Shown: positions 12,681 through 29,506 of the stretch, piece after piece
How the letters are laid out: every line of letters begins with the position of its first letter
How positions within the stretch are numbered: the stretch's first letter is position 1
Origin: the human T2T-CHM13v2.0 reference genome, Homo sapiens
Assembly: GCF_009914755.1 (NCBI RefSeq)
Contig: NC_060928.1
Reading direction: 5' to 3' (one strand)
DNA length: 64,000 bases
Notes under the pieces: model-generated
The model's database searches: none
Told to the model about the DNA's origin: nothing
The model's input: the letters and a program-made list of their open reading frames with translations, nothing else
Program-made: the position numbers and the translations under genes

Positions 12681-13099
12681 ATATTCAAGATCAGCTTTTT
12701 ATAAATTCAGGGTAGCAAGTTTTTCTGTGAGTTTTGGGGTATAGTTGCAAAATACTACTTTAAAACCAACTTATAAATTACCTGTTATATTAAATATGAT
12801 AACACAATACACCATAAAGTCTACTTGAGAGATAGTTTCGTAAAAGATTTTATCTTAGATTTAAAGTAATCTAATAGTACTTAAATTTCTAGGCTTAAAA
12901 AAAAAAACTTCAGTTAACCATGATTATATAGTGATGAATAGTCAAATATCTGTAAACATTATATTATCAAAACTAATATATTAGTACTGTATTTTTCTTG
13001 CTTTTTTCATAGCAGTCTTTTAGGATTTATATTTTCTCCCAACATAATACTTTAGAATTACATTTTTAGTGAACTGTATTCTACATGCTGTTGATTGTA

Positions 13100-13330
13100 G
13101 TTATTACAAGTGCCAGCCCTGGAACAGAATGCCTGTGTGTGGATCATGGCTGTGTAATTTACCAGCTGTAATTTACCACTGGTCAAATTACTGAACAGTG
13201 CCCCAAGTTCTTTACCTGTCAAATAAGGGTAAAAATATTTGCATCATAGGATTGTTGAGAAAATTAAATAAATTAACACTTGTAAGGTTTTTAGAAGTGC
13301 CTGGTACACAGTAAGTATTCAGTTAAGGTT
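13100..13330 (+). mobile_element. MIR fragment
   Basis: GTCAAATTACTGAAC...AGTTCTTTACCTGTCAAATAAGGG...CATAGGATTGTTGAGA...GTGCCTGGTACACAGTAAGTATTCA. Confidence 0.75.
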
Positions 13331-13351
13331 ACCTAATAACATTGTAAGTTA

Positions 13352-13500
13352 CCTTATAAGTATTTGTACTTACAAAGATCTTATAAGTATTTATACTTAC
13401 AAAGATCTTATAAGTATTTATACTTACAAAGACCTTATAAGTATTTGTACTTACAAAGACCTTATAAGTATTTGTACTTATAAAGACCTTATAAGTATTT
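13352..13500. repeat. 27-bp minisatellite, ~5.5 copies
   Basis: Unit YCTTATAAGTATTTRTACTTAYAAAGA at 13352, 13379, 13406, 13433, 13460 and partial at 13487. Confidence 0.97.
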
Positions 13501-13654
13501 ACTAGTAATAGGGAGTTGAAACAGTTTTGAAACTATTATTGAAATAATATTTCTAGATGCCTCACTTCTTAGATAATATCATCTTCAAAATTCAATTCTG
13601 CTTTTCTTTTTTGAAGGTTTTTATGTAGGATTTTCTAGAAGCAATTTTTTTAAT

Positions 13655-13692
13655 ACACACACACACGCGCACACACACACACGCACACGCAC
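13655..13692. repeat. (CA)n/(CG) alternating purine-pyrimidine tract
   Basis: ACACACACACACGCGCACACACACACACGCACACGCAC. Confidence 0.9.
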
Positions 13693-14329
13693 CCTGTAGG
13701 TTTGGATTGAATTACTTATGAAGTCTCTTCTTTATAGTCAGTACATAGTAAATATTTGTTGAATGAGTGGTCCATTTCCTTCTTCCATCTGTCATGGTCT
13801 GGCATAAACTCTCCAAGAGATTTGAAGGGAGAGTTGGCACCAGTAGTACCTCCAATTAGACATTCTTTCCACAGTGATTGCCATTCAGTGTAGTTTTGTT
13901 TTGTTTTGTTTTGTTTTAGATTCTTTTAAAGTAGCATGAAACACAGTATTGCTGGTGATAGGCAGTTGCTCTAGGGAATAGTTTTCTGCAGTGAAGGATG
14001 AATTCACAAGACAGAATAGGTAAGTGGAATGAATGTAGACTAGATGAACTAAGCAATGTACCTGCCTTTTGTACTATTGCTTTCTAGGTGTTTTTCCAGC
14101 ATCAGCTGCCTGTGGGTAGAGGTCACCATGCTCTTTATCTTGCCATCCTGCATCCCTGGTGGTGGCCAGCTAGACTAGGATGAGTGCCTCCCTAAATGCG
14201 GCATTTATAGATAAAGTTGGGAGATTTGTATGTTGTCACACTGGTTACAACCTCTGTGAATTTTATGAAATAAATTATAAAATTTAGCAAATCTGAACTT
14301 CAGTCATATAAATGTAAATTATTATTGCT

Positions 14330-15065
<736 letters not shown>

Positions 15066-15745
15066 AGATGATTTTAGAGAGCTGAAGGTAGATACTTCTC
15101 AAAATTAAATCCTGTGCTATGGTTTGTTGATGGGACAGAAGCTCTTTTTCCTTGGATTAAAATAAGGTCTTGTCAACATAGTGGGTGTTTTGTTTGTTTT
15201 TGGTAAGCAGTAAATATTTTCTCTCAAGTTTGAAGTCTCTGCTGATTGCAATGTTGTTTTATTAAGGACTGATGTTAATTATTAATAGTATTTGAAGTTT
15301 TAAAAGGTTGTCAGTGGTGATATTTGCATTCTTGGTACTGTTGTTTGATATGTAGGAAGAGTAACTGATTATGAATGAGAAGTGGAGTCAGATTAAATAC
15401 ATAGTTCAGTGATAATTTTTATGGAGTGGTGACTAATTTATTTTCATTGTCATCATCCTAACAATAATACTCACTTTAAAAATCAAGGTGAAATAAAATT
15501 ATTTTTGTCTTTACACCAAGATTTCAGCTTGAAAATGGAGGCTGAGAAATTTTAGTATCTTTTGGGTAATCACCAAAGTAACATGCAGATTATTCTAGGC
15601 ATATTAGCATGTTGAATGTTTTAGTTTATTTAGGGATTTGTGAAATAACATTTGAAATTGCTTTTTAAATTTTTCTTTCAGAAGGCTTTCTTGGGAAACT
15701 TTGGTGTCATTCAGTGGATGATCATTAAAACATTTCATTTACATC

Positions 15746-16056
15746 TTTTTTATTGTTGTTTTTGTTTTTGTTTGAGACAGAGTCTTGCTCTGTCGCCCAG
15801 GGTGGAGTGCAGTGGTGCGATCATGGCTCCGTGCTACCTCCGCCTCCTGGGTTCAAGTGATTCTTCTGCCTCAGCCTCCCGAGCGGCTGGGATTACAGGC
15901 ATGCGCCACCACGCCTGACTAATTTTTGTATTTTTAGTAGAGACGGGGTTTCACCATATTGGCCAGGCTGGTATGAAACTCCTGACCTCAGGTGATCTGC
16001 CCACCTTGGCTTCCCAAAGTGCTGTGATTACAGGTGTGAGCCACCATGCCTGGCCC
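15746..16056 (-). mobile_element. Alu (Sx/Sz-like)
   Basis: Alu body with ACCTCAGGTGATC; TSD CATTTACATCTTTT / CATTTACACCTTTT. Confidence 0.95.
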
Positions 16057-16145
16057 ATTTACACCTTTTGAAGACAGCTAATTTTATCTGGTGAAGTGGT
16101 AGCCACAGACCAATTGTCTTGGCTTCCGTGGTAGTCATTAGACTA

Positions 16146-16456
16146 TTTTTATTAAAATTTTATTTCTTATTTGTATATTTTAGAGACAGGGTCTTGCTCT
16201 GGCACCAAGGCAGTCAAGATCACAGCTCACTGTAATCTCCATCTCTTGGACTCAAGGGATTCTCCCACCTCAGCCTCCCAGGTGGCTGGGATTACAGGCA
16301 CATGCCACCATGCACAGCTAATTTTTTGAAATTTTTTGTAGAGGTGGGGTCTTGCCATTTTGACCAGGCTGGTATTGAACTGTTGCACTCAGGCTGTTCT
16401 CCTGCCTTGGCCTAGCAAAGCGCTGGGATTACAGAAATGAGCCACTGAAGCCAGCT
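16146..16456 (-). mobile_element. Alu (J-type)
   Basis: AGAGACAGGGTCTTGCTCT...GATCACAGCTCACTG...GAGCCACTGAAGCCAGC. Confidence 0.9.
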
Positions 16457-17079
16457 GACATTTTCAGTAATAATAGCTAAGTATTTTCTTGGGAAGGGGC
16501 AGTTTTTCCAAATTATTTTTCATATCAACTTTGATTCCTTTTAAGACAAGTTTTATCATCGTTAGACAATTATCTAAGTTATCCCACTGAAAAGTTTTAT
16601 AATCAACTTTATTACCCTTTGGGTCAATGAAACTTCTGCCCTCCCCCGCCTTTTTTTTTTTACCTAAAGGAGGGGCAAGAAATGCAAGAAATTTTCTCCT
16701 CAAAGGAGGTTGTTGTATAAAGGAGGGACTTATTCTAATGGAGAACTACTTTCTAAATTCAGTTTAATGGTAATGCTCTGAATGCCATGCAGATGATATG
16801 CCTCTCTAGAGTTGGTAGCAGTTTTAAAACTTAATTTTCAGTAATTCTGTTAAGGAAGTACTTTCTTCAACAAAAATTGGCAGTTGATTTAGCAGGCTCT
16901 TTAAGGTCTTACATTTGGTTTTTAGATAATTCAGATTTTTTGCAAATAAACAATGGACTCTTGAGTTTCATGGTCAATGTGCCCTTCCCTAGAAATGATG
17001 ATGAGTATTTGCATTAGGGTTAATTCTTTTCAACTTAAAAGTTGTAGTCTTTCTTTAAATGAAAATAAAAATAAAAACT

Positions 17080-17275
17080 AGTAGGAAAAATGTAGAATGG
17101 TGATTACCAGGGTTAAGGGGCAGGTGGACACAGGGAGTTGTTTAATGAGTATAGTTTCAGTTTTGCAAGATGAAAAGTTCTGAAGTTCTTTTGCACAACA
17201 ATATGAATATACTTAACATTACTAACTACACATTTTAAAATGGCATACATTTAAAAATGGTTAAGATGGTTAAAA
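17080..17275 (+). mobile_element. L1MB-like 3' end fragment
   Basis: GTAGAATGGTGATTACCAGGG...TTTAATGAGTATAGTTTCAGTTTTGCAAGATGAAAAGTTCT...AAAAATGGTTAAGATGG. Confidence 0.8.
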
Positions 17276-18254
17276 AATAGGAGAAAAAATAGTATCATAT
17301 TTACCTGGAGTTTTACAAATTACCTCGGGGTTGTTTAATTATGGTAATATGATTTTTTAACTAAATTGAACAGATTTACCAGGACATAGCCTCTATATTT
17401 CAAGACAGTGTAAAGTTTGTCAGAATTGGCAAATCACCTCCCAGTTCAATAACCCCAAGGCAGTTTTGTTATGCCTTCTCTTAAAACACACACAATCACT
17501 GTAAATATTTGCTATATATTGCTCTTAGGTCATTTCAACTGTTAGGTAACTCTTGAAGTTGTATCGTTTCTAAGCTAAAAACAAATATGTCATAAATATA
17601 ATTCATGCCTACATGTCTCATGAGAATAAAGTATGGATGCACTTGATAATTTAGTATTAACTGTTGAACACTGAAACCTGATTCTGCCCACACATTATTT
17701 GCGATTGTGTATTATTCATAATTACATATTATGAATATTTTATCTTGGGTGGATAAGAATGTGACTTTGTTTTTAGTTAACCCAAACCTTTCTGGACACG
17801 TAAAAGTAAAGCCTAAAGAATTGTTATATTTTAATTAAGAGTTAGTCCTTTTCTCTCGCTGTCTTTTTTTATAAATAGTAATTTATAACTAGAGGAAGAA
17901 AATATAAATTTACATTTTGATTATAAAAATTATACATATATATATTCCAGTTGAAACTGCATAGGAAACAATGACAACAAAAATGCTAAAAGCAAAACAA
18001 TAAAACCCCCTGCCAAACCTGAAATGTGGACATTTTTATGAATATTTGTGAAAACAGACACGTTTCTGACATTCTTTATGTAACAGTACACCTTGGATCT
18101 TCCTCCATCATGAGTATAGAAAGCCCTTTATCATCCCTTTTTTGGTTGGTTGTTGTTCTGCAGTATTGGTTTCATACTTAAATTTTTCATGCTTATAATA
18201 GTTTAGAGGAGATGTAACAAATACAGGGATACAAAGGCAGGATATCCCAACTCT

Positions 18255-18480
18255 TGAGAGTTTGGACTCTGGAGCCAGCCATCGTGGGTTCAAATCGCAG
18301 TAGGGACACTTTCTTGCTGTGTAACCTAGAATAAGTTATAAAACTCAAGGTCTCAGTTTTCTTATTTGTAAAATAGTTATTAACAGTATGCCTGTATTAT
18401 AGAGTTCCTGTGAATATTGAGTTCCTATTTTTGAAGCACTTGGAACATTATCTGGCAGACTGTGCAATTATAAATATAAA
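18255..18480 (+). mobile_element. MIR fragment
   Basis: GGACTCTGGAGCCAG...GGGTTCAAATC...GCTGTGTAACCT...TCTCAGTTTTCTTATTTGTAAAATAG. Confidence 0.75.
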
Positions 18481-19166
18481 CTGTTTTTAATGTTAGTATG
18501 GATTCTATGATCGTTAATATTTTAAGATAGAGATTTAGTGTTTACTTCAAGCATCAACACATGCCCCTTCCCAGCTTCTATGTCTTCAAAAGTTTGTGCA
18601 TGGTATTGTTTTGTGTCTGTTGGAAGGAGATGAGGTGAGGGAAGAGTGGTAGAAAGGAAGTATTGGTTTTAGAGATCTGGGTGGAGTTACTATTGGCAGT
18701 TATCCATTCTTTTCTGGCCATATTGCCTTTGGGGTATCTTGGGTGGCCTTTGACAATAGCTGCTCTTCGTAGAGCCAGCCCTGCTATATCCTGGTATTTA
18801 GGAAATAGTTTTAAAGGTTTTCAAGCCAGAGGCAGTAAAAGGACAATTTAAGTTAATATGAGTTAGTAAATTTTGGCATGCAGTCCAGCTTGGAGATACA
18901 CTTCTGTAACCTTACAGAACATTTTCTTGATTTGTGTGTTTAAATGTTCTTAAAGTATTGAAAGTGACCTGTGTTATCTGAGAGATACTTCCTTTTTTGG
19001 AATTGGCCTTTTTGACTTCTCTTCATGGTTTTCTTTAAACGTTGAAACTTGGAGGAAAAGAGTAAGACTGGCTTTTATTTTAAAGTAGTTTTTAAAATGG
19101 TCAGTAATAGAAGAAATGTAATGAAACAAAAAAGTTAATACATTTTGGCTTATGGTTTTATGTATA

Positions 19167-19970
<804 letters not shown>

Positions 19971-20394
19971 TATTTATAAAATTTTATTTTAGTATAGTCT
20001 TTCATGAACCTCCTTAAAAGTCAATGTAAAGTTATTAATCAAGGAAATCTATATTCTACTTATGGCATCAATTCCTTTGTAGTATAATTTAAAATATTTG
20101 ATTTTGTGACTGCTAATTTTTATGTCTATTTATTTTACTTTTGATACCAAGTTAGGCACGTAAGTTAAAGGAAGTTATTATTGTGACAAGTAGAAAATGG
20201 TTTAAACTACTATTACAAATGTACAGGTCATGGCTCAGTTAGGCTTGAATTAGGCTATTAAGCAGAAATGGTAGGCCGCTTGCTGAAATATATAGAATCA
20301 GTGATTTTTTAAGACAGTGCTGTTTTTCATTAAAATTATTTTTTTGGTTTAAATGAATTTGGGTTCTATCCAAAAGAAGGTAGGTGTGCTTGGT

Positions 20395-21186
<792 letters not shown>

Positions 21187-21819
21187 TAAACCATTCTTAG
21201 ATTATTCCATTTTAAGATATACGTGAAATATGGACATAGGTAAAATATTCTATCATATCTTGTGTTTTTTTTACATGCTGCTTATTTATCTCTTCTCACC
21301 CATATTGTCATCATTTTATGGTGTTTGTCTTTGCTTCGATCCTGATTTTTTAATCTTGGCAGAAGTATACTGGCAAAAGTTGATGTAAGTCTAATTTTCA
21401 AGGTTCTGTGTAACATTTTCCACTGCCTTTCACCAGCTTTCAATTATTTTTGCTCCTGGAGAAAATATCACTAGGGGAAGGAGAGAGAAGGAAAAAGTTA
21501 AGGGTTTGGGAGGAGCCTAGAGCTAAAGCTCATTTAGTAGAAGATCACTAAATCAGCAGCTGTCTTTTTTTATTCAATTCTTTGAAAAAATGTTTTAAAT
21601 ATGACTTCTCTTACTCACCATGATTACTTTTTAGATAAATGTGGACCATAGAGAATATACATAAGATGGTTAGTGTTAAGTAATTCTAGATCATGAGTAA
21701 TTTATACATCTCAATTTTCTTAATTTTTTCTAAAAAGTAAGATATGGTAAACATTTACTTGAGTTACCTGTGTCTTCTATTGAAACTTACCATTAAGGTC
21801 TTGATTTGGGAATTAAATG

Positions 21820-22345
21820 AATCAGAGTCCAGTTAGGAAAACAAAAACACTCTAGATGTTTTCAACAGGAAATTTTATTACAAGGCATTGGTAAAATCGG
21901 TTTTGGTAGAGCAGAGAAATCAAACAGGATCTATGGGTATATGGTGGGGCAATCTAGAGATGAGCAGCAGCAGGTAATCACTGCCACCCTTAGGGACCCA
22001 GAGAGATGATGGGAAGAAGTGGTGTTCCCAGAGCCCAACTGTGGGTCTGTCTGGCAGGAGTGAAAACTGCAGAGAAGGCATGGGTCTGGAGCTGGGACTG
22101 TAGAGCCAGGGGCTGATTGACCAGGGGTGAAACCTTAGGGAAGATACAGAAAGGGAGAGAAATACCAAGGCTTTCCCCCTCCTTCTACCCTTCAGACCTC
22201 TGCCATTGCCTTTTATTGGTGGGACCTATCCACAAAGCAGAGAGAGGAAGGGAGCCTGGGGAATATAGTTCTCTGTCATACAGAGAGGGCAGAGAAAAGC
22301 AGGGAAAAGATATGAGTGAGGAGACAGCTGCCAGCACAGACAATA
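21820..22345 (-). mobile_element. Old ERVL-MaLR LTR (MLT1N2-like), degraded
   Basis: TCAGAGTCCAGTTAGGAAAACA...; purine-rich interior; CCTCTGCCATTGCCTTTTATTGG...GGAAGGGAGCCTGGGGAATATAGTT resembles old MLT1 LTRs. Confidence 0.55.
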
Positions 22346-22653
22346 CAAAAAAGGTTTACATCCCCCAGCCCCAAAACTGATCGTATTAGTCCTTTTATAT
22401 TTTAAACACTCCTCTTCCCTCATGGCTCAAGATCCCTTGTGTAAGAAGGAAATAATTATACTGTATGTGGTTTTGGTTTTTATGAACCTTGATATTAAAT
22501 GATGTTAAGCTGTTATTATATAGTATTTGCTGTGCATATTTCTGCCGGTCTCTGCATTTTTATTGTTTATGTATTTTTAGATATACAAAAATTTATTTTC
22601 ATTTGTTCAAATCTTTTCCTTTACATTTTTAAATATCTTAAAAGATTAGGTAG

Positions 22654-23412
<759 letters not shown>

Positions 23413-23671
23413 ATTATTCCAGTTTTTAAAGCTTACTTATGCTTTGAGAAATCTTGGTCTTTTCTCCGTAATGCCTTGTCTGTGCTGGATTTCTTTAAAT
23501 TTGGTACCAATTTACAGTAATATTCTAAATTTTATTTAAAGTGTTATATTTTCTACTTCCTTAATAGGGTACTTCTATTTTTAATCATCTGTGAAGTAGC
23601 CACTTCACAGATATTTTACCTCCCTTTTTTTTTTTAAATTACAGAGTCTAGCATATCATGTTGTGATTTGG

Positions 23672-23842
23672 GTTATTTATTTATTTTTTTTAAAGAGACA
23701 AGGTCTTGTTCTGTCACCCAGGCTAGAGTGCAGTGGTGCAATTATAGCTCACTGTGGCCTTGAACTCCTGGGGCTCAAGTGATCCTTCTGCCTCAGTGCC
23801 CAAAATGTTGGGATTACAGGTGTGAGCCACTGCACCCAGCCC
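23672..23842 (-). mobile_element. Alu monomer (FAM/FRAM-like)
   Basis: AGAGACAAGGTCTTG...CTTGAACTCCTGGGGCTCAAGTGATCC...GAGCCACTGCACCCAGCC, ~170 bp. Confidence 0.88.
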
Positions 23843-24120
23843 AATTTTGGTTAAGTTTAAGACCTTTTGAGATTAACTAATAAATATCTCTGAGTTCAAT
23901 ATTGGTTTGTGCATCTCTGTTATTTGCTTTTTATGTGCAAGTGTGCAAAGAGCTGTCATCATTTTCGCTTTTTTATTTACTTTAGTTTTGGGAGAATGAA
24001 ATGACTGTTGAGTAATGAATGTCTAATAATGAGTTTTGGACTTTGCCTTTTAAAATTAGTTACTGTAATTATATTAACCTGGTAATTGTGGTATGGATCA
24101 TTGTCTAAATTTAGTAGATG

Positions 24121-24415
24121 GGCTGGGCATAGTGGCTCATTCCTCTAATTCCTTGCACTTTAGGAGGCCGAGGCAGGAGGGTTGCTTGAGTTTGAGACCA
24201 GCCTGAGCAACATAGTGAGACCCTGCTTCTACAAAAAATTAAAAAATTTGCTGAGCATGGTAGTGTGCACCTATAGTCCCAGCTACTCAGGAGGCTGAGG
24301 CAGGAGAATCACTTGGGCCCAGGGGGTCAAGGCTGCCCTGAGCCATGATCGTGCCACTGCACTCGAGCCTGGGTGACAGACCAAGACCCTGTCACTAAAA
24401 TAAAATAAAATAAAT
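24121..24415 (+). mobile_element. Alu (J-type)
   Basis: GGCTGGGCATAGTGGCTCA...GACCCTGTCAC(TAAAA)n tail. Confidence 0.94.
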
Positions 24416-24814
24416 ACAGAAAAAAATGTACTAGACAGGGAAATGAACACCAAAATGTTAAGATTAAAAATTATTAACTCTTTTTTATTCCTTGGTGAAT
24501 TTATTGACTTGTGTTGAGGATGTTGGAACTCTGAAAGTATCTAAATTAGAGAGGAAATCACTTTTATTTGCTTCTAAAGCATATATTATTATGACAGAAT
24601 GGTTAACTTAGCCCTTTTAAAAAGTTGAGTTGTGTGGGAGGGTGAGTGAGGAGAGAGGATGTGTTTAAAAATGGCTTGTTTATCAGAAAAAGTAGCCCCT
24701 CAAAATTAGTTTCAAAATAAGAGACTTGTTTTTAATTTCCTTCTGATCATAATTTTAAATTTTGGTAAAATTAGTGTTAATTAAAAACATACTAAAACAA
24801 ACTTAAAAATTTTA

Positions 24815-25130
24815 ATGTGGAAATTTTCAGCATTATATAAATAATATAATAAACCCAATGTACCCATCACTGAGGTTCAAAAGTACATGGCCAGTTTTAC
24901 TTTCCAACATAAGATACTCAGTGTTCTCATTTCCCTGATTGTCATTCATAAGTATATACATGTGTATGTTTATAATTATTTTTAAAAGTTTGTTTGAATC
25001 AGGACCCCAATAAGGTCCATACTTTTGGATGGTTTGTAAATTTCTTAAATCCATTTTAATCTATAAATTTCTCTTCTGTAGTACTTTATTTCTTGCAGTT
25101 TTATGTTAAAGAAACTTGGTCATTTGAATT
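24815..25130 (-). mobile_element. Old L1 (L1MC-like) 3' fragment
   Basis: AATATAATAAACCCAATGTACCCATCAC...TTTGAATCAGGACCCCAATAAGGTCCATAC. Confidence 0.55.
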
Positions 25131-26489
25131 AGATAAAATAATTTTCTGAGGGATAATTTTAATATGGAAAAATAGAGATGGTTCAACATCGTGTTTTACA
25201 GATTTGTCATTTGTTTATTCCGTTCGTGATTATTTCCATATCCCAGATATGTCATTTGCTTACTACTTTCATGATTATTACCCTGCTTTTAAAGTTAAAA
25301 TTCATACTTGATTATCATTCTAATCTTCACATTTATGGAATCATGGATTTGATGTCTTTGTTATATTTATCTTAGTACAATTCTTCATTCATGTACCATC
25401 TAAAATAATCCTGACCACATATTAGGATACACTGATTTAATATTAATGTCTCCTCTTCTTTTTATTCCCTCCACTTACCTCTCGTGTTGAAATTCAATCA
25501 GTTACTCCAAGAGAGACACTTGAGACCTTAGATACGTTTCCTGCATGTCTCCAGAAACAAGGTACATTCTGTGCAAAGTATGGTTTTACTAGCACGCTGT
25601 TAGTGAAGTGTGTTACCAATCTGAGATCATGGTTCAGCCAACTCAGCATTTTTATCTTTCAGGTTCAGATTCCATTACATGTGACATATAATTTTACAGG
25701 GGAACAAATAAAAACAGGACCCGGCTTCTGGATTCCCATTGAAATAATATTTTTTGTTGATAAATGGAATTAAGTAATAGCTGAAAACATTTTTCTTTCT
25801 TTTTTAGGGAAAGTTAAATTTGAAGATGTTAAAATTAAGAAGAAAGTGAATTTCTAAGAAGTTTTAAAAAATTTGTGAGGAAGGCATTAAATTAAATAAT
25901 TTGAAAATACGAACTTTGGAGGCAAATAGAATTATTAATTTACTTTGCGTGGATCACTATATATAACTATGTAACATATGGATTATCTTTGTTTATATGT
26001 CAGAATAAGTATACTGAAAATAACTTAAGAAAACTCTTTTACATGCATTCTTATTTGTATCTCATGTCACTCTGCAAGGAATTATCATTCTCATTTTACA
26101 AACTAGGAGACTGAGGGAAGCCCAGAGAAATCATGTAGTTTGTCCATAGGTACACAGCCAGTCAGAGGAGATATTAAGAACCATGTAGGGGTTTGTGTTA
26201 TACTGTACTAAAAGGACACTGGGTTTGAAGTCGGATGTTCTGGACCTAGTGCTATTTACTGCCTTAGCTATATAAGCTTGGATAGTTTATTTCAGATCAC
26301 TAGGCTTCTGTTATAGAAATGCTATCATAGAGAATAATAGAGTACCATGGGAGTTTTGAGGAGAGTAGTTACAATTGTTTGATATTATATACAGAACAAG
26401 ACCATATTCCTAATATTTATCTTGACATGGGGAGCGTCTATGTTGGAGTAATTGGACAATAAGTTGTCATGGGTAGCTTTATTGAAACC

Positions 26490-26512
26490 TCATGTGACTA
26501 GTCACATGACTA
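26490..26512. promoter_or_regulatory. Perfect 20-bp palindrome made of two CATGTG E-boxes (M-box-like)
   Basis: TCATGTGACTAGTCACATGA at 26490-26509 is self-complementary; function is inferred only. Confidence 0.35.
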
Positions 26513-27059
26513 CATAAAAGAGAGTGTAGGTGGGTATGAGGGGACTTTCCTCCATCACGTGTGTTTCTGGTATTAAGAGGAGAGGTGTTGGGAAGGAAAG
26601 GAGGGGAAGGGGGAAAGAGAAACTAATGTCTTGAGAACAGAGTCACAAGTCAAATACATGTGTAATGGATATCTGTTACTTCTTGATAGACACTAATGGC
26701 AATCATCTGTATAAGAACAGAAGAAAGTACAGATCTCTACTTTTGTCTGTTTGGCTCTTGCCAAATTCTTCTATCCTGTTCACCAATCCCTTCTAGTTTC
26801 CAAGTTCATTTCTCTTAACACTTTCACCATTTACTCGTGTTAGCACCGTAGGATTCTGACTACAGTATGTCTCCCTTTGATTACATATTATTATTGTGCT
26901 ACAGCTATGTCATCAAGCAATATGATTAGTCTATAAATGAAAGTATTTCACACACTGCATGGCCAATGTAATATATATGTAGTTAAGAAATTATGTGAAG
27001 TGAGTGAACCGCATGGAGTTCTGTTTAGTTCATAAACCTTATCCATAAGAAATATTATT

Positions 27060-27378
27060 GGCTGGGTGCGGTGGCTTATGCCTGTAATGCCAGCATTTGG
27101 GAGGCCAAGGCAGGCGGATCACAAGGTCAGGAGTTCAAGACCAGCCTGGCCAATATGGTGAAACCCTGTCTCTACTAAAAATACAAAAAAAAAAACCCCA
27201 AAAACCACTAGCCGGGCGTGGTGGCATGTGCCTGTAATCCCAGCTACTCAGGAGGCTGAGTCAGAAGAATCGCTTGAACCTGGAAGGCGGAAGTTGCAGC
27301 GAGCCAATATTGCGCCACTGCACTCCAGCCTAGGTGACAGAGTGAGACTCCGTCTCAAAAAAAAAAAAAAAAAGAAAA
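27060..27378 (+). mobile_element. Alu (S-type), full length
   Basis: GGCTGGGTGCGGTGGCTTATGCC...poly(A); TSD AAGAAATATTAT on both sides. Confidence 0.96.
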
Positions 27379-27945
27379 AGAAATATTATCTCTGATGGCT
27401 CTTTTACCTTTTAAAAAACATGAAATCATGTGACATCGGTGTGGTGAAAGGTCAGTCAATTACGAATTGGGACTCAGGATGAAGAGGAGGTCTCAAAGGC
27501 CCCCCTCACGATCAGGAAGGCGGAACTGGGGACTCAGTGCATTTCTTTGAGATTCCTTAGATGAATCCTATACATCTAAGTTCTGCCACCAGGATATTAG
27601 TTAAAATTCTTATGTTCCAACCACTCAGTACAGACCTGTAGCTTATCGTCTGTGAACATCTAACTTAGTATTAGCATTTCTTTCCTCAAAATAGTGTACA
27701 CATTTTTTTTTGTTGTTATTTGGAGATATAACCAAATAATAAAGGATACTATTAAAAATCCTTTAGCTTTTGGTAAGTTAGGCAAGGTTTTATATGTAGC
27801 CTCTACATAAACATTCTCTTATTTATAGGGTTAAGTTTCAGGAGATAAGAGAAAGATCTTTTGTGAGTAGGATACATTGAAATATTAGACTGTAAGTGAG
27901 CTCTGTAGACCAAAATGCTGAAATAGCTTTTCTCATAAGAAAGTT

Positions 27946-28715
<770 letters not shown>

Positions 28716-29337
28716 CTGCCTAAAAATATTTTGTTACATTATCTCATATCACAACCTTGTTATTAAAAGGTATCAGTGCTGCCCCTCTGCTGCCTATATA
28801 GATTTTGTCAGTAGACTTGACCAGTGAAGAACTTGACCAGCTGGAATAAAGAAGTTATGAGAAAAAAGCATAATTTCAATGTAATTTGAGTGTAAGATAT
28901 CATCAAGAATCAAATGATTCAAGACCTCTGTCCTCCTGAGCAGTAAGTTGAAGAAAACCTGGCATCCAGATATGTTCTTCAATTTACAATTAGGTTTCTG
29001 TGTATAGTTAGCAGCTTTCACACCTCTTGCAGCCTGGCCATTCCTTAAGAGGTGAAAGGCATTGAGAAAAATGGCATATTATATACATCCGAAAAGTCGC
29101 TGTGTTTCTCCTTGACAGTGTCAGCCTGCCTGTACTCCCTGTAAAATATTCATTAGGAATGGAGACTTCATGGTGCTTACTGGTGACATGTTACAAGTGT
29201 TCAGGAATTGCTTTCTTGACTTTGTGTAGCACAGAATCATTCCTACGGTGGTGGTGAGAGTATTCAGGCATTTGTGTGCTTGTGGATAGGCCATTTGTGT
29301 TTCTTAAGAAACTTGAAAGGGTGTATAGGAGTCTCTG

Positions 29338-29506
29338 GAACAGCGTTGCTTGGTTTACCTGTATCGGAGTTACCTGCATATCTTAGTAAAAACACAGATT
29401 CTTGTGCCTTATTCAAGATTTACCTAATTAGTATATTAGGACTAGGGAGTGGGTCTTAAGAAGCAGTACTCGTGATTTAAGGACACAAATGTTTGAGAAA
29501 TACTGT
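29338..29506. mobile_element. MER5-type MITE, degraded
   Basis: CAGCGTTGCT...ACACAGATTCTTGTGCC...ATGTTTGAGAAATACTG. Confidence 0.45.

Noticed and set aside
13352-13500. CRISPR-like array of palindromic repeats
   Set aside because: Units are contiguous with no unique spacers, there are no cas genes, and the context is a primate intron; it is a minisatellite.
26590-26616. G-rich purine run as a G-quadruplex
   Set aside because: Only three runs of three or more G; it does not meet the canonical four-tract pattern.
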